A DNA stretch of 64,000 nucleotides from the human T2T-CHM13v2.0 reference genome, Homo sapiens. The stretch lies in the NCBI RefSeq assembly GCF_009914755.1, contig NC_060929.1, one strand, 5' to 3'. Positions 13,067 through 26,350 of the stretch are shown here, piece after piece. Positions within the stretch are counted from its first letter, which is position 1, and each line of letters starts with the position of its first letter. Both the position numbers and the translations under genes were made by a program. The notes under the pieces are model-generated. The model saw nothing but the letters and a program-made list of their open reading frames with translations. It did no database searches and was not told the DNA's origin.

Positions 13067-15077
13067 CATTTAGAGAGTAAAGTAAATAGAAGAACCTTGG
13101 CCTAGTGACAGAACGTCAATTCTCTAATGACAACGTTGCCATCCAGACTTTAATCTAAAACCATCTGCCTTTATTTTTCTTAACCTGGTCAGTTGGACAG
13201 CACATCTGCCATTGCTAGTGTTTCTGTAGCCAAATTATATGATTAACTCTTTTAAAACAGGAGCTTAGAAACAGAATGGATTGATGCTATCATCATCACC
13301 TACCATATAACCAGCCACAGAGGGTTATCTTTACCAGTCATTTGTTATTGTGATTTTTCTTCCCTGCATAATTTAACTTCTTCAGTGTGGATCTGGTTAA
13401 CTGTTGTCCAGATTTCAGTTGATGATTTTCTTTATTCATATGTTTGGATAGGGTGTTCTCATGCTTTGGGAGAATGGACTATTATTATAATGTGTCTCTC
13501 ATCAAAACTTTGCTAGCCTGGAACACACTCATTGTTATGATATGCACTCAGACTACTGAGTACCTAGCTGATTTGAACCTAGGTTTTTGTTCGTAAGGGT
13601 TTCACCGTGTATGTAGAAATTCACTAGAGTGTAAGAGCCAAGAAAACAAAAGCTTTATTTGTCTTATTTTTTGCTGACCTCTTATCCTCTGTGCTGCTTT
13701 TTGCATTTGTTGTACTGTTATAATAATGCCAGGCATATAATGGGTACTCAATAAATAGCTTTGAAGAAATGAATGAATCAAGTCCCTTACCATCTTAACT
13801 ATCACCAAGTCATGGAAGATCTGTTCTGTAAGAGGTTTCCTGCAGGAAATTGCTCTTTTCCATTTGAAGAACCTAAACATTCAAGATCCATTCAACTGTC
13901 ATATCCTTAGGAAATGGATGTTAGGATGGTTATTAACCGTGTACATATCACCTTTTATTAAACATCAACCTTGTGTCTGGTATTATGTGATGTGCTGAGG
14001 ACACAAAGATAGATAGGACCCCTGCCCTAAAAGAATTTACCATCTTACAATTCTCATCTATTACTACCCATTGTCAGGATTGCCACCAACTGCAATTCTA
14101 GAAAATAACCTAAGGTTCATTGGAGTATAGGGCCTGGACATTCTGAAGATTGCTCTTATTTGAATGTCTGCGTTTGTAATATTGATATTCCTTTCCCTGC
14201 TTTTATTTAGTTAAGGTAATGAAGGCTACCTGCTGAAACAGATAAACCTCAGCAGCTTAGTATAATAGAAATATATTTCTCATTTTGATTTCCAAATGGG
14301 GTTCCAGATCATTTGGCAATTCTGTCCAAAGCTGTGATTTAGGAATTCAGGTTTCTTCCATTTTGCAAGTCTGCAGTATTCAACTTGTAATGTTGCTGTT
14401 CAAGGAGAAAAAGGGGAAGATCTCATGGGTCGAGCCTGGATGTTCCCACGATCCTTTGATCAGAGCTCAGTCACATGATCACACCTACCTGCAACGGACA
14501 TGTAGTAACACAGTCAATGAGCATATGAAGTGCACTCATGTTCACTAGAGTGCAACCAGAAGAGATAATTCCTGTTTATCAAGCTAAAGGGATCTTAATA
14601 AACTTTTTTCTTTTAAAAGATCAGAACTGTTTTAAAGTTAAAGATTTTTACCTTAAAGAATTATTTTGAATAATTTTTTTCTAGAGAGGAACATGCTTAT
14701 TATAATAAACCAAAATATTTACAGAAATTCTAGGCTATTCTGACAAAAACAACCATTTTAAGATACCATAAAAATATAGTGAATGTAGTAAAGAAAATTT
14801 AGTAAAGGTATGTTCCAGGAAAAAAAAAGAAGCAGGTTTTGTGAATAGTCAGCAAATCTGTCAAACTGATTCTCTGGTGTCGAAGAAATTCCCTGAGAGT
14901 TTCTATGCTAACTCTATTATCCATGTAGAGTGATAAAGAGGCCAGGGTCAGAATAACTGGGCTGTGTTTTTCTGTTACTTATCAATCTGTCGACTTTTTA
15001 CAGGCACTTTTCCTCTCTGGGTTTCAATAGGTTTACACAAAATGGGGACAAGACACACATATTGTATATTTGTCATA

Positions 15078-15372
15078 TACTGTCATATGTTACTTGATGA
15101 TTTCATTGTTGTGCGAACATGATAAAATGTACTTACAAACACTTAGATGGGATAGCCTGTTGTACACTTAGGCTATATAGTATGGCCTATTGCCCCTAGG
15201 CTGCAAACCTGTACAGCATGTTACAGTACTGAACACTGCAGGCAATTATAACACAATGGCAAGTATTTGTGTATCTAAACATAAAAAAGGTACTGTAAAA
15301 TTATGGCATTATAAGCTTAAAAGACCACCATCCTGTATGTGGTTAATTGTTGACCAAAACATTATTCTGTGA
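15078..15372. mobile_element. Tigger3a/MER7-like TcMar DNA transposon
   Basis: tttcattgttgtgcgaacat...ctaggctgcaaacctgtacagcatgttac...tgaccaaaacatt. Confidence 0.8.
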
Positions 15373-15684
15373 ATATATTTGCTTGGAAGGGTGAATTAAA
15401 TAATTACCATGGAAATATGCTATGAAGTGCAAATCTTAGTGTAAATAGAAAGCAATATCTTTCTTCTCCTCATCACCATCACCATTAGGATCATGAAATA
15501 TAAGGAAAAGGTAGGAGGCAAAGTAAGGATGTCCAATTTGGCATCAGCTTTATCTTGCCCTACTTGTCTCTCACTCTTTGTAGTTGTATTGAAATCCTTG
15601 CTGCCTTCTAATAAATCATACCAACAGCATTTATTCATTTCCCTGACAAAGACTTACTGAGGTCTAAAAATAAACAACCATCTT

Positions 15685-15910
15685 TACCATTGTTTTGAGC
15701 TCTGATCCTATGGCTGACACTAGACCAGGTATGCACTTGACCCACATGATCTCATTTGATCCTACCCTAAACTCCAGGAGGCAGATTCTCTTATCACCCC
15801 CTATTTTTTACAGATGGGGAAACCAAAGCTCATAAATGTGAAGCTGTGCATTAAAGGTTACAGGCTCAACACTGGTAGTCTGGCTTCAGAGCCCATGCTT
15901 GCAACTATTG
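15685..15910 (-). mobile_element. MIR
   Basis: tttttacagatggggaaacc MIR core. Confidence 0.7.
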
Positions 15911-16046
15911 TCCTCTTGACTCTTCATGTGTCTATTATGTGCCGGGTGCCAAAGGCTTCCACAGTGAGCAAGACAACATGATTCCTGACTTCAAGGAGCT
16001 TTCATCCTGGCTCTCAGAAGCCTTCAGGCTCTTACAGACAGTTAAC

Positions 16047-16560
16047 TTTTTTAAAATACAGACTTCATTTTTTATTTTTTATTTTTAATAGATTTAGGGG
16101 GTACAAGGGCAGGTTTCTTACATGCGTATATTGCGTAGTGCTAAAGTCTGGGCTTTCAGCATACTCATCTCTTGAATAGTGAAACTTGTACCCAACACGT
16201 AACTTTTCAACCCCCCTTTTTTAGAGTAGTTTTTATAGTGAAATTGACCAGAAGGTACAGAGAGTTCCCATCGACTCCCTACCCCCACACATCTATAGCC
16301 TCCCTCATAATTATTATTACTATTATTATCCCCCAAAAGAGTGGTAGATTTGTTACAACTGATGAGACCACACTGACTCATAATCTCCCAAAGTCCATAG
16401 TTTATCTTAAAGTTCACTCTTGGTGTTGTACATTTTATGGGTTTTGATAAACGTATAGTGGGATGTGTCCATCATTGTAATATCATAGAGAGTAATTTAA
16501 CTGCCCAAAAAGTCTTCTATGCTCTGTCTGTTCCATTCCCCTTTCCTTGCAATGCTCTCT
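16047..16560 (-). mobile_element. L1MC/MD 3' end with nested L1PB/MA 3' fragment (~16068-16217)
   Basis: aaattgaccagaaggtacagagagttccca (host) split by gatttagggggtacaagggcaggtttcttacatg (insert). Confidence 0.75.
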
Positions 16561-16694
16561 AAACACCTTTTTTCTCTTTCTCAGACTGGTTGGTTTCTCC
16601 TTACCCTAAGGACTCAGGTCAGGCATCACCTTCCTTAGCTCTTTCTGACCATCTAGGTAGTATTTAGAAAGTGTCTCACACATGCTCATAAGCA

Positions 16695-16925
16695 GAGGCA
16701 GTATTGCTTGTGGTTAAAGTAGTAGATCTAGACCAAGATTGGCTCAATCCTGGTTCCATCACTTCTAAACACTGTAATTTGGGGCAGTTACTTACTTTAC
16801 TTCTCTGGGTCTCAGTCTCCACTTGTGTAAAACGGAACTGTTACAAGGATAAAATGAGATGATGCATGTAAAGAGTTTGGCACTTACATGGCAAGTGCTT
16901 AGTTAGTTAGCTTTCATTAACTACC
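16695..16925 (+). mobile_element. MIR
   Basis: ttctctgggtctcagtctccacttgtgtaaaacgg...aaatgagatgatgcatgtaaag. Confidence 0.75.
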
Positions 16926-17904
16926 ATTATGAAGACTCATCAGTGACCATATATCATTCTCATTTCTTCCTCCTAGCCAGGACTGCCTGGCCTGCTGTGA
17001 AAGATGGGAATGTTGACTTGCATTCTGCCTTCAATTGCAATGGTTTGGAATTTAAACTGAAAGGTCACTATTTCTGAACCTAGAATTCTGGCATCTTGAG
17101 TTAAACTAGGGAATGGCCGTGGCATGACCAAAGCCCCCATTTTTGATAATGTTGTACATCTTAATGAACACACCAACTCCACACCCTTCCCACAGAAACA
17201 GTGCTGATTTATGTTTTTAATCAGATTCGCCTTTGCTGATGTGCAGTGAGGAATAATTAGTTGGAGGTCAGTGCAGAGAACTGCACTACACTCAGCCAGG
17301 AGGGGATGCTTCCTCTAGCATGTCAATTCCCTTGCTGAGGTAGCTTTCCTCCTTTTTCTTTGTTACTCCGAAGTGAAACTTGATGGGTCTCTGTGGGAAG
17401 CCTAGTCATCTCTTTCTCCACACTTTCTCTCCCAGGCCTAAGAAGGTTTACAGTCCCCAGGTGAGGATAAGGACATGTCTAGGTAACCAATTAGGCCAAA
17501 CAGAGCATTGAGAGACTTGTAGAATACATACAAATTTCAGTGGACTAAAGGTCAGTGTACAATAAATTGAGTCTGAGCCAGGCTTTTTTCCTCCCAGGGT
17601 TTGGGATGCTGCAGAGTTTAATCTTGGAGCTCTGAGGGTCTATAAAGGAAGCAGCAGGTATTCAGAATGTCAGTCTTTGTTCCACTACAAAGGCATATGT
17701 GCTGTTAGGCTCCAGAAAAATCTTGTCATGTCTAGTGGAAGCATTGGTTGCATCTTTCTTCCCTGTTGTGCTTAGAAGCCCCAGTGCCTGTTCATACACG
17801 ATGAAGGTGCATACTTTACTTCAACCAGAGTCAGGAAATTTAGGAGGAAAAAAACAAACCTTGGTTGTTATGATCTGAAATTTTAAAGTAAACCCAATAG
17901 GGAA

Positions 17905-18471
17905 TGTGGCAACTTAAAAAATGCGGCTTCATTTCTCCCATTGAGAGGTGGGGTCTATAACTCTCTCCCCTTAAATCTGGGCAGCTGGACAGATTCAACC
18001 AATAATACATGGTGATAGATGATTTATGAGAGTCATAAAAAGCATACCGTTTCCGCCTTGCTCTTTGAACACTTGTTCTTGGAGCCCTATGCTGCCATGT
18101 AAGAAGTTTGACTGCTCTTACACTCACCATATTGTGAGGAAGCCCAAGCCACATGGAGAAGCCTCATGATGTCCCAGTTAGTTTCAGTTGAGACTAGCTC
18201 CTGAGTTATGCCAGCCTAGGTGTCAGATATGTGAATGAAGGCACTTCTGGATAATTCTAGGCTCCAGTGGTTGGAGCTATCTCCAGATATCTTAGTCATA
18301 CTTAGCCATGCATGTCTTCCAAATAGAGGTCCCAGAAATTGGGAAGCAGAGACAAACTATTGTTCTCTGTCCAAATTCCTAACCTGTAGAATCCATAAGT
18401 GTAATAAAATTATTGTTTTATGTCAGTAAGTTTTGGGGTGGTTCATTATATAGCAGTAGATAGCTGTAACA
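17905..18471 (+). mobile_element. MLT1G/H-like MaLR LTR
   Basis: ccattgagaggtggggtct...gtaagttttggggtggttcattatatagcagtagatagctgtaaca. Confidence 0.8.
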
Positions 18472-19139
18472 GTCAATTTCACGAAGCCATTCCCCCAAGA
18501 AAGTGTGAGTAGGAGAACTAGTGTAACTGCAGGCACAGTTGGTAAAAGGTGATAAAAATCATGGTATCAGTAGAATTTAGAATTATAAGGAACCTTAAAT
18601 TCCATCTAGTAGATCCAAAGCATCTAGTATATCTAAAGTTTGCTTAAATGCTTTCAATGATAGGAACTCATTATTTAATAAAACATCCTCTCCTGCAGAG
18701 GTACAACTTGTTGGATTGGAGAGAGATATTTTTATTGCTAGGTAGATATGGTTGGTGACAGAACAAACATAGATGTCTAAGATAAAATGGTTTTGAGGAA
18801 AGGTTCCACCTATACAGGTTGGAGCTTATGAAAAAATGGCAAGCACCATGACACCTGCTGTTTGGACTATTCTGCTGAAATTTGTCACATGTTGGCTTAT
18901 TTTTTTTAAGGCTTTTGTAATGTGTAGAGCACATCTCTTTCTAATTCCACCTCATGATGTATTGAATTCCAGTGGTAAAGGAGAGGGAGAAATGAAAGCT
19001 AATCTGGGTAACGGTGTTAGAAATATAAAGGCCAGCATATAGGCTCAAAGAGAAGAAGTCATAGTTCACAAAAAGTGGAATATAAATAAATGACACAATG
19101 CAGCTACAAAAAAAAACACGAATTCATTCTTCAATAGGC

Positions 19140-19460
19140 AGCAACGTAGAGCAGTCACAGGTGCTAGTTGTTTAACTGTCCAGTGAATGAGTCAAACTCC
19201 ATTTGCAGAATTGCCCTCAATTCTGGGAAGTCCAAGAGAGACATGGACAACCTAGAATATTTTCAGAAGATGTCAGCAAAGGTGGAAAGAAGTCTAGAAA
19301 CCATGTCGATTACTTCTCAGCCTTTTGGCTAAGATCAAGCATAGAAACCATGTCATATAGAATATAATTGAAGGATCTAGGCATATTTAGCAGAAAGTAG
19401 AAAATAATAAGAAATGATATGATAAACATCTTTAAATACTTCAAGTGTTCTAAGCAGACA
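19140..19460 (+). mobile_element. L3/CR1 fragment (host of the U2 retrocopy)
   Basis: gagagacatggacaacctaga...ctagaaaccatgtcatat...tgaaggatctaggcatatttagc resembles CR1 ORF2 3' region. Confidence 0.65.
19309..19344 (+). pseudogene. RNU2-type pseudogene: 3'-truncated U2 snRNA retropseudogene (U2 nt 1-36)
   Basis: attacttctcagccttttggctaagatcaagcatag vs U2 ATCGCTTCTCGGCCTTTTGGCTAAGATCAAGTGTAG; perfect 13-bp TSD tagaaaccatgtc at 19295-19307 and 19342-19354. Confidence 0.93.
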
Positions 19461-20479
19461 AAAACATAAACTTTCACAAACGATTCTTAGCTCATTAGTC
19501 CAGGCCCCTGTCCTTGCCTACCTTGACTTCTGCATCAAGCTTTTCTCTGGTCTCTCTGATTTCCATCTTGCCATTCACAATCAGGTTTCTACAAATGCAG
19601 ATGTGAGCTTCTAAAGTTGCAAATCAGATCACAACACTTCTTTTAAAATATTCTCTAAATTTCTCATTGGTCTTAGAATAAAATCCACTTTCCTCACCAT
19701 GTCCTATAGTGATCCTCAGCTCTATCAAAGTCAATAGCTTCATTTTATGAACAAATATTTTCATTTACCCACTTTACTCTCATAATGAACTTTACAGATA
19801 ATATAACCTATCTGATCACGAATTCAAATATAGAAATAATGTCCTAGTTTTGTATAATGCAGAATAGAAGGAAAGTGATTTATAATAATGCAATATATAT
19901 TCAGCATGTACATATATAGGCATAATTACACTAGAAGTCGTGAGTAGATAAATACTTGCATCTATAGGTAAAGTCATGAGGAACATGTGAGCAACAAATG
20001 CAGATTGATACAGGTGTGTTTGTGTTTTGATTAGTAACTCAGACACCTCAAGCAGCATTGCTATGGTGACATTATATCCCAAAATGTTTTTGGTAATGTT
20101 CAGAACAAAACTATGTTTACTCTTCCCTCAGTTTATAAGGTATTTGTGTTTTTGGAAGAGTTGGGGACTAATATATCTTTAGTTTAAAAAATGCTCTGAT
20201 TTAAAATGAAGTTAGATTTTAGGATCGGATAACTATTAGCTGGCGTTTTATCTAAATAAGTGTTTAGTGGGACATTAGAAAGTCATATAAGACGAATCAC
20301 AACTCTGATGTGTAGACTTTCCTGTGTGCTACAGGAACCCTTGTAGTCCTGTTTTGTGTTTTCTGAATGCCAGGAAGGAGTTTCTGTTGTTGTCACTGAC
20401 AAACAAAAAAAAACCCACTCTGAAAGAGTCCCAGAAATGCCCATAGGTATGGCTACCCTGACGGCTCTCAGGGAGAACC

Positions 20480-20975
20480 TCTGGCCTACAATATCTGGCT
20501 CCTGACTTCTTTCTTCTCTAGTTGTAACTCCTACCATCCTTTCCTCACAAGCTGCAAACTCACTGCCTCCTTCTCACTTTCTTAAAAGAGTGAGTAGTTT
20601 ACTTTTCTTTTTCTATACTTTGAACTGCCGTGTCTCCAAATCTTTGCCTGGTTTGGTTTTCTTGTTATTCACACCTCAGCTCAGATGTCACCTCCTGAGA
20701 GAAGCACTCCTAGACTACCTTGGCTCAAGGTAGCATCCTTGTCCACATCACTGTTTCTTTACCCTATTATACTTTCTTTGCAGCATATTTGATAGCACCT
20801 AATACTATTTGGAAAAAAGTTTTAAAATTTATTTACATGCTCAATATTATTCCTTTCTGTCATTAGAATATAAGTCCCAGGAGGTCAGGAAATCTTGTCT
20901 GCTACCAGATACATTCTAAGTGCCAATGTCTAGCACACAGAAGGTGCTTACTAAATAGATTTTTTGAATCAACTA
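20480..20975 (+). mobile_element. L2 fragment
   Basis: ctcagctcagatgtcacctcctgagagaagc...cattagaatataagtccc...agcacacagaaggtgct. Confidence 0.7.
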
Positions 20976-21313
20976 TTTGACTCCTCCCTTGTACCTTTCA
21001 AGATAACACCTACATTCTTTAGCATGGCACTTGAATCTCTCAATATCTTTCCCAGCATATATTTCTCTCTCGTTTTCTCCTTTCACTCACCACTTCTCTC
21101 CTTCTACTATAGTCTCTCAAATATGACATGTCATTTAACGTTTCATTTCTTTGCATGTTGTGTTTTCTCTGCCTGAAATTCAGATGAGATAAAACTCCCT
21201 CGATTTCTCTCTTCCTCCCATCCTGTAGAAGATTACATACTCCTTTCTCTGGAACGGCCTTGTGACTGTGCTTATCCAAGGGGATTGCCTTTGTTGATGT
21301 GTACATCTCTCTG

Positions 21314-21732
21314 TGCTATAGTTTGAGTATGGTTTGTTTGACATCTCAAAATATCACATTGAAATTTGATCCCCAGTATTGAAGTTGGAGCCTAATGGGA
21401 GGTGTTTTGGTCATGTAGGTGGATCCCCCATGAATGGCTTGGTAACATCCTCATAGTAATGAGTGAGTTCCATCTCTGTTAGTTCCTAAAAAACCTGGTT
21501 ATTAAAAAGAGCGTAGCACCTCCTCCCTCTCTCTCTTTCATTCCCTTTCTCACTGCACACACTGGCTTGCCTTCCACTATGAATAGAAGCAGCCTGAGGC
21601 CCTCATCAGAAGCAGATGCTGGTGCAATGTTTCTTATACAGCCTGCAGAACTGTGAGTCAAATAAACCTATTTTCTTTATAGATTACCCAGCCCCAGGTA
21701 TTCCTTTATATCAACACAGATGGACTAAGACA
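21314..21732 (+). mobile_element. MSTB-like MaLR solo LTR
   Basis: tgctatagtttg...gaaatttgatccccag...tggactaagaca. Confidence 0.85.
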
Positions 21733-23694
21733 CTCTCCAACTGGACCTTGAGCATTTTGATAGCATAGCCCCCTTCTTAATCATCTCTATATGCCCAGTG
21801 CTGAGTATGATGACTGATGTGGAATAAGTTACAGAATTCAATTTTCACTATGTTACAGTTGAATTATTATCTCAGATAGTTGAGTACATTTGAGATCTCA
21901 ATTTTGTTATCCATTTCAGTTGAATATTTTTCACAGTATGATATCAACTGTAAATTTGGTAAGTATGCCTAAGTGACACAGACTTCAATGGGCACATAAA
22001 AGTATATGAATCCCTTGGATTTGCAATGAATGACAAAATGATTTCTAGATTGTTTTTGTGGTTACTAATAATATTTCTTGAGGGTGGTATGCTAGGCACA
22101 TTTCTAAGCATTTTTCTCATTGAATCCTTCAGCAATTCGGTGTTTAGATTTACTGATGTTTTTCAGACTGAGTGAACGTCACAAGGTCACAGCTGTTAAG
22201 TAGAAGATAATTAACCTTGATGTATCTGATCCCAGAGCCTAGGTTACTAACCATTATGCCAAGTCTTTTCAATGCCATTTTATATATCTGCATTTATTAG
22301 ACCCAACTATCCTTGAATCTGGCCAAAATAGAGTTAATGGAGATGTTTTAAAGTTAATCCTATTTTCTCAGGATAAACAGGATTTTAATCCCTCCCCCCC
22401 CCAAACAAAAAATATTCTTCTGTTAATAATTGCTTTTTCTCCCCTTTTCTCTCTGTCAGGGAAGGTCAGTTTATTATGGGTCATTGTGGATGCAACAAAA
22501 TTAATGACAATTGATATTCGTCCTCTGCTTCTCATATTAGTGGCTCTGTATCAGCATCCACTCCCCATGCAGTGGGCATGCCCCCCTCCATCACTGTTTT
22601 CCCATCAGCTGAGGTTTTGCCTTAGCCAGTGAACTTTTAATCACTCTGAATAGCTAATCACCATAATTCCTCACTGGCAAAAGCTGCAAGTTCATCATGT
22701 GAATGGACCCAGTGTCCTTGTTAATCACAGTAATCGCTCACCACTCATGAGCTGTGAAAAGTAGTGACAAGTATCCTCATCACACTTGGTTGCTCACAAT
22801 CTGAGGGAGGCTGATAGGAGTCTCATGATTCACCCAACACAGGCTGTGGGGCTAGCAATGGAATGCCTGCCAGAACTGCAAGTTTCAGATCTCTGTTTAT
22901 AATTATTATTTTCCCAAGTTGGCAAATGCTCATATCTTCATCCCCGCAGTTACTGATGCTAAAGTTTCCATAGCAGGATTCCCTTGCAGACCTCTCCTTC
23001 CTTTGTGTCAAATGACCCATCTTGACTGGCATCCAGCCTCCTGAGATTCCTGGCCAGGACATGAACTTTTGGTGCAAAATTAACTAAGGGTATTTGTCTT
23101 ATACTGGAATTGTTTTAATAGCAGTAAACCAGAAACCGATCCATCTGGTTTAATTATAGAAGGATTTATCCATGGGTATATCTTTTCCCCAAGGCCTAGA
23201 AATTTCACCACTCTTCAAGAGGGACATGAACTGGACTTGAAGGGCCACTAGCTGTCAAGGCAGTTATTCTGTTAATCCTGTTTCCCATGCCTTCTGTATA
23301 GACTCCTCTGGATCTCTATGTGTTCTACTATTTCATTTTTCTATCTTGTTTTGCTTTGTTATCACCTCTTTCAGCTTTGTTTTGGAACACAGACCATAAA
23401 TGGCTTTCCCAAAAGGGCAGTCTTGGTGTACATGTCCTGAGCAGTCCAGGGTTTTCTGCTAACAGAATATACTTTCTGATTTCTAGTTCCACATTCTCAT
23501 CCCACAGCTCTTCAAACTGTTCTATTACGAACTCCACACTGTAACTTCTCCCAGATTTGCATGTCAAGGTATCAGCAGACTAAAGGGCTTCATTTTCATC
23601 AAAATTAATTTTCTTAAAACAGCTATTTTAAGGTGTCAAAAATAAACATTTCTGCTATTATTATACCATTTCAAAAAGTCTTTTAAAATTGTCT

Positions 23695-24685
23695 GAATGG
23701 GCCAAAGACCATCACAGACTCTTCACCCAAAAATATATACAAATAACAAATAACATATGAAAAGATGCTTTACATCATATGTTAGCAGGAAAATGCAAAT
23801 TAAAACAACAAGATACTGCTACACACTTATTAGAATGGCCAATATGTGGGACACTGACAACACCAAATGCTGGCAAGGCTATGGAGCAACAGGATCTCTT
23901 ATATATTGCTGATAGAAAAGTGTTACAGCCACATTGGAAGACATTTTGTCAGTCTCTTATGAAACTAAACATACTCTTATACAATCTGCCAATTGACCTC
24001 CTCTATATTTACCCAAGAGTTGAAAGCTTATGTCCACACAAAACTTATGTCTTACACATAGATACTTTTAGCAGCTTTATTCATAATTACCAAAACCCAG
24101 AAGCAGCTAAAATGTCCTTCAGTAGGTGAATGGATAAATTAACTGTGGTATATCCAGACAATAGAGTATTACTCCGGGCTAAAAAGAAATGAGCTATCAA
24201 GCCATGAAAAGATAAGAAGGAAACTTTAAAGGGTCTTACTAAATGAAATAAGCCAACCTGAAAATATTACATACTGTATGATTGCAGCTATATGACTTTC
24301 TTTAAAAGGCAAAACTATGCAGAGAGTAAAAAGGTCAGTGATTGCAAGGGTTAAGTAGGGAGAGAATAGAAGATTTTAAAAATAGTGACAATATTCTGTA
24401 TGACACTGTAGTGATGGCTACATGTCATTGTATAGTTGTCCAAACTCATAGAATGCACAACACAGAGTGAACCCTAATGTAAACTATGGACTTTGAATGA
24501 TATTGATGTGTCAGTATAATAATGGCTCACAAATGTACCATTCTGGTGGTGGATGTAGATAATGGGGGAGGCTATGCTTGTGCTAGGGCAGATGTTATAT
24601 GGGAAATATCTGCCCCTTCTTATTAATTTTGCTGTGTACCTAAAACTGCTCTGCCAAAAAAAGGCTGAAAAACCTAAAAAAAAAA
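23695..24685 (+). mobile_element. L1MC1/2-like 3' end
   Basis: ORF2 C-terminal remnant (ORF 23779-24129) plus 3'UTR gtgaaccctaatgtaaactatggacttt and A-tail. Confidence 0.85.
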
Positions 24686-24707
24686 GTGTCACAAGCTCAT
24701 TATTTTC

Positions 24708-24794
24708 TTTTTCTTTTTTTTATTTTATTATTGTTATACTTTAAGTTTTAGGGTACATGTACACAATGTGCAGGTTAGTTACATATGTATACAT
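24708..24794 (-). mobile_element. Very short young L1PA 3' end
   Basis: T-tail plus tatactttaagttttagggtacatgt...caggttagttacatatgtataca; TSD cattattttc at 24698-24707 and 24792-24801. Confidence 0.92.
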
Positions 24795-24889
24795 TATTTT
24801 CATCCAGAATAGTTGCCTTGGATATTTTTGAAAGTCATCCCTCTTTCTGCATGTTCCTTTCTTTATCACTTCTCCTCTCTCCCTGTCTT

Positions 24890-24951
24890 AGAGAGAGAGA
24901 GAGAGAGAGACAGAGAGACAGAGAGACAGAGAGAAAGAGAGAAAGAAAGAA
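24890..24951. repeat. (GA)n-rich microsatellite
   Basis: Directly visible. Confidence 0.95.
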
Positions 24952-26149
24952 CATATATGCACATGAGTGAATGAGAGAATCCAGATCCCTAAGAGAAATC
25001 AAAGCCCTGGGATACTGGAGTGGATTTTTTTCCCTTTACTTAAAACATTGGTTTCTCACCTCACCCCCGCTTTTGAGAACTCCGTCCCCGATTTTCCTTT
25101 GTATAACTGTCTCTTCCCCATTGTTCATATTCTTGATGGAGCTGTCAATCAAGTTGCCCTAGCCAAGAGATCAGTAAGAGAACCAAATAAGGCCAACTCA
25201 TTTCCCATTTTGAGGACTCCAAATATTATAGAGTTCAGTGATGCCAGGATGAAAAGATGATTGGAGCTGATTCTTTGTAGTGTTGTCACCTTAATTGTTG
25301 ATTAGTTCCTGCTGCTTGGATCTCTGCTTCTTTTTTTCCCCTAAGATTGGCTCTTTAGAGGTTTTTTAAGTTTTCAAATGATCCTATGTCCTACCACTAA
25401 AGCTGCGTTGCTTCAGTTAGCCAGAGCCAGTTTTACTGCTTGCAAACAAAACAAAGAAACACACAATTGATCTGGCTACTACGCTACAGAAAGTCTTGGT
25501 TGCACAGATTTTATGTTGCTTGATCCTATAAGCGCAGCTTCTCTGTTATGTTCCCGATGGGATGCTCAGAATTCAAGGGCAGGATACAGTGGCTTAGTGC
25601 CCTATTTATTTTAGGTAGAATTGACAGAATAGGTCACAGTGAAATTATAGCCCTATATGGTCATGGTTCTACAAACTTTGGGCTGGGTTCTGGAGATATA
25701 TCTCCTAAGTTAAGTTTAATTAGCAACTACTCAATATCAATCTGCCTTTGGATATCTGGAGCATGAATCTCACAGCTTGGATTCTTCTCCGGTTTTGGTT
25801 CATTAGCAAAGATTCTGAGTTATCTGTGGTATAAAGTTCAGAAGTGTATAAGGTAAGAAGAGAGCTTTGAATCAGTTTGGTAGCTGAGGGACACAGACAG
25901 GAAAATCTAGCTTGAAAAACAATGTAGTCCCCATCATCCCTGGGTGACTTCCTAGGGCCCTCCAAGGAAACCCCATTTTGTTCTCTCCCTCTTTCCCCTA
26001 CTCTTCCCCTCTCCTCTTCTCCCTTAATCCTTCTTCGTCAAGTTTTCAACTCTCCTCTCCTTCTCTTGCACATAGGTTGTACAACTATTTTCTACCCTCT
26101 TTATCTTTCTAGCTAATATTAAGCAGCATCTCTTTCTGTCAGGTGATTC

Positions 26150-26350
26150 TAAGCAAGGCTTTAGAATCAGACAGGATAGATATTTTATTTCACCTATGCC
26201 ACTTGCTAGCTGTGTGACCAAGGGCAAGCTCCTCCCTCAGACCCAGTTTTCTCATATTCCAAATAGAAGGAATAAAGGTGTTCATGTGAGGTTTACAAGG
26301 AAAACACTTGATGTCATAACTAGCCCATGGTGGGTAACTAAAGATTGGTA
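26150..26350 (+). mobile_element. MIR
   Basis: gccacttgctagctgtgtgaccaagggcaag...cagttttctcat. Confidence 0.7.

Noticed and set aside
17436-17460. 25-nt micro-exon (polypyrimidine-cag ... gtgagg)
   Set aside because: Not frame-preserving, overlaps L2-like sequence, and has no supporting gene context.
18603-18638. 18-bp tandem duplication (similar small ones at ~9536 and ~31178)
   Set aside because: Ordinary replication-slippage micro-duplications.
22435-22470. Strong splice acceptor ttttctctctgtcag followed by gtcagt
   Set aside because: It would give a 5-nt exon, and there is no ORF or transcript evidence from sequence alone.
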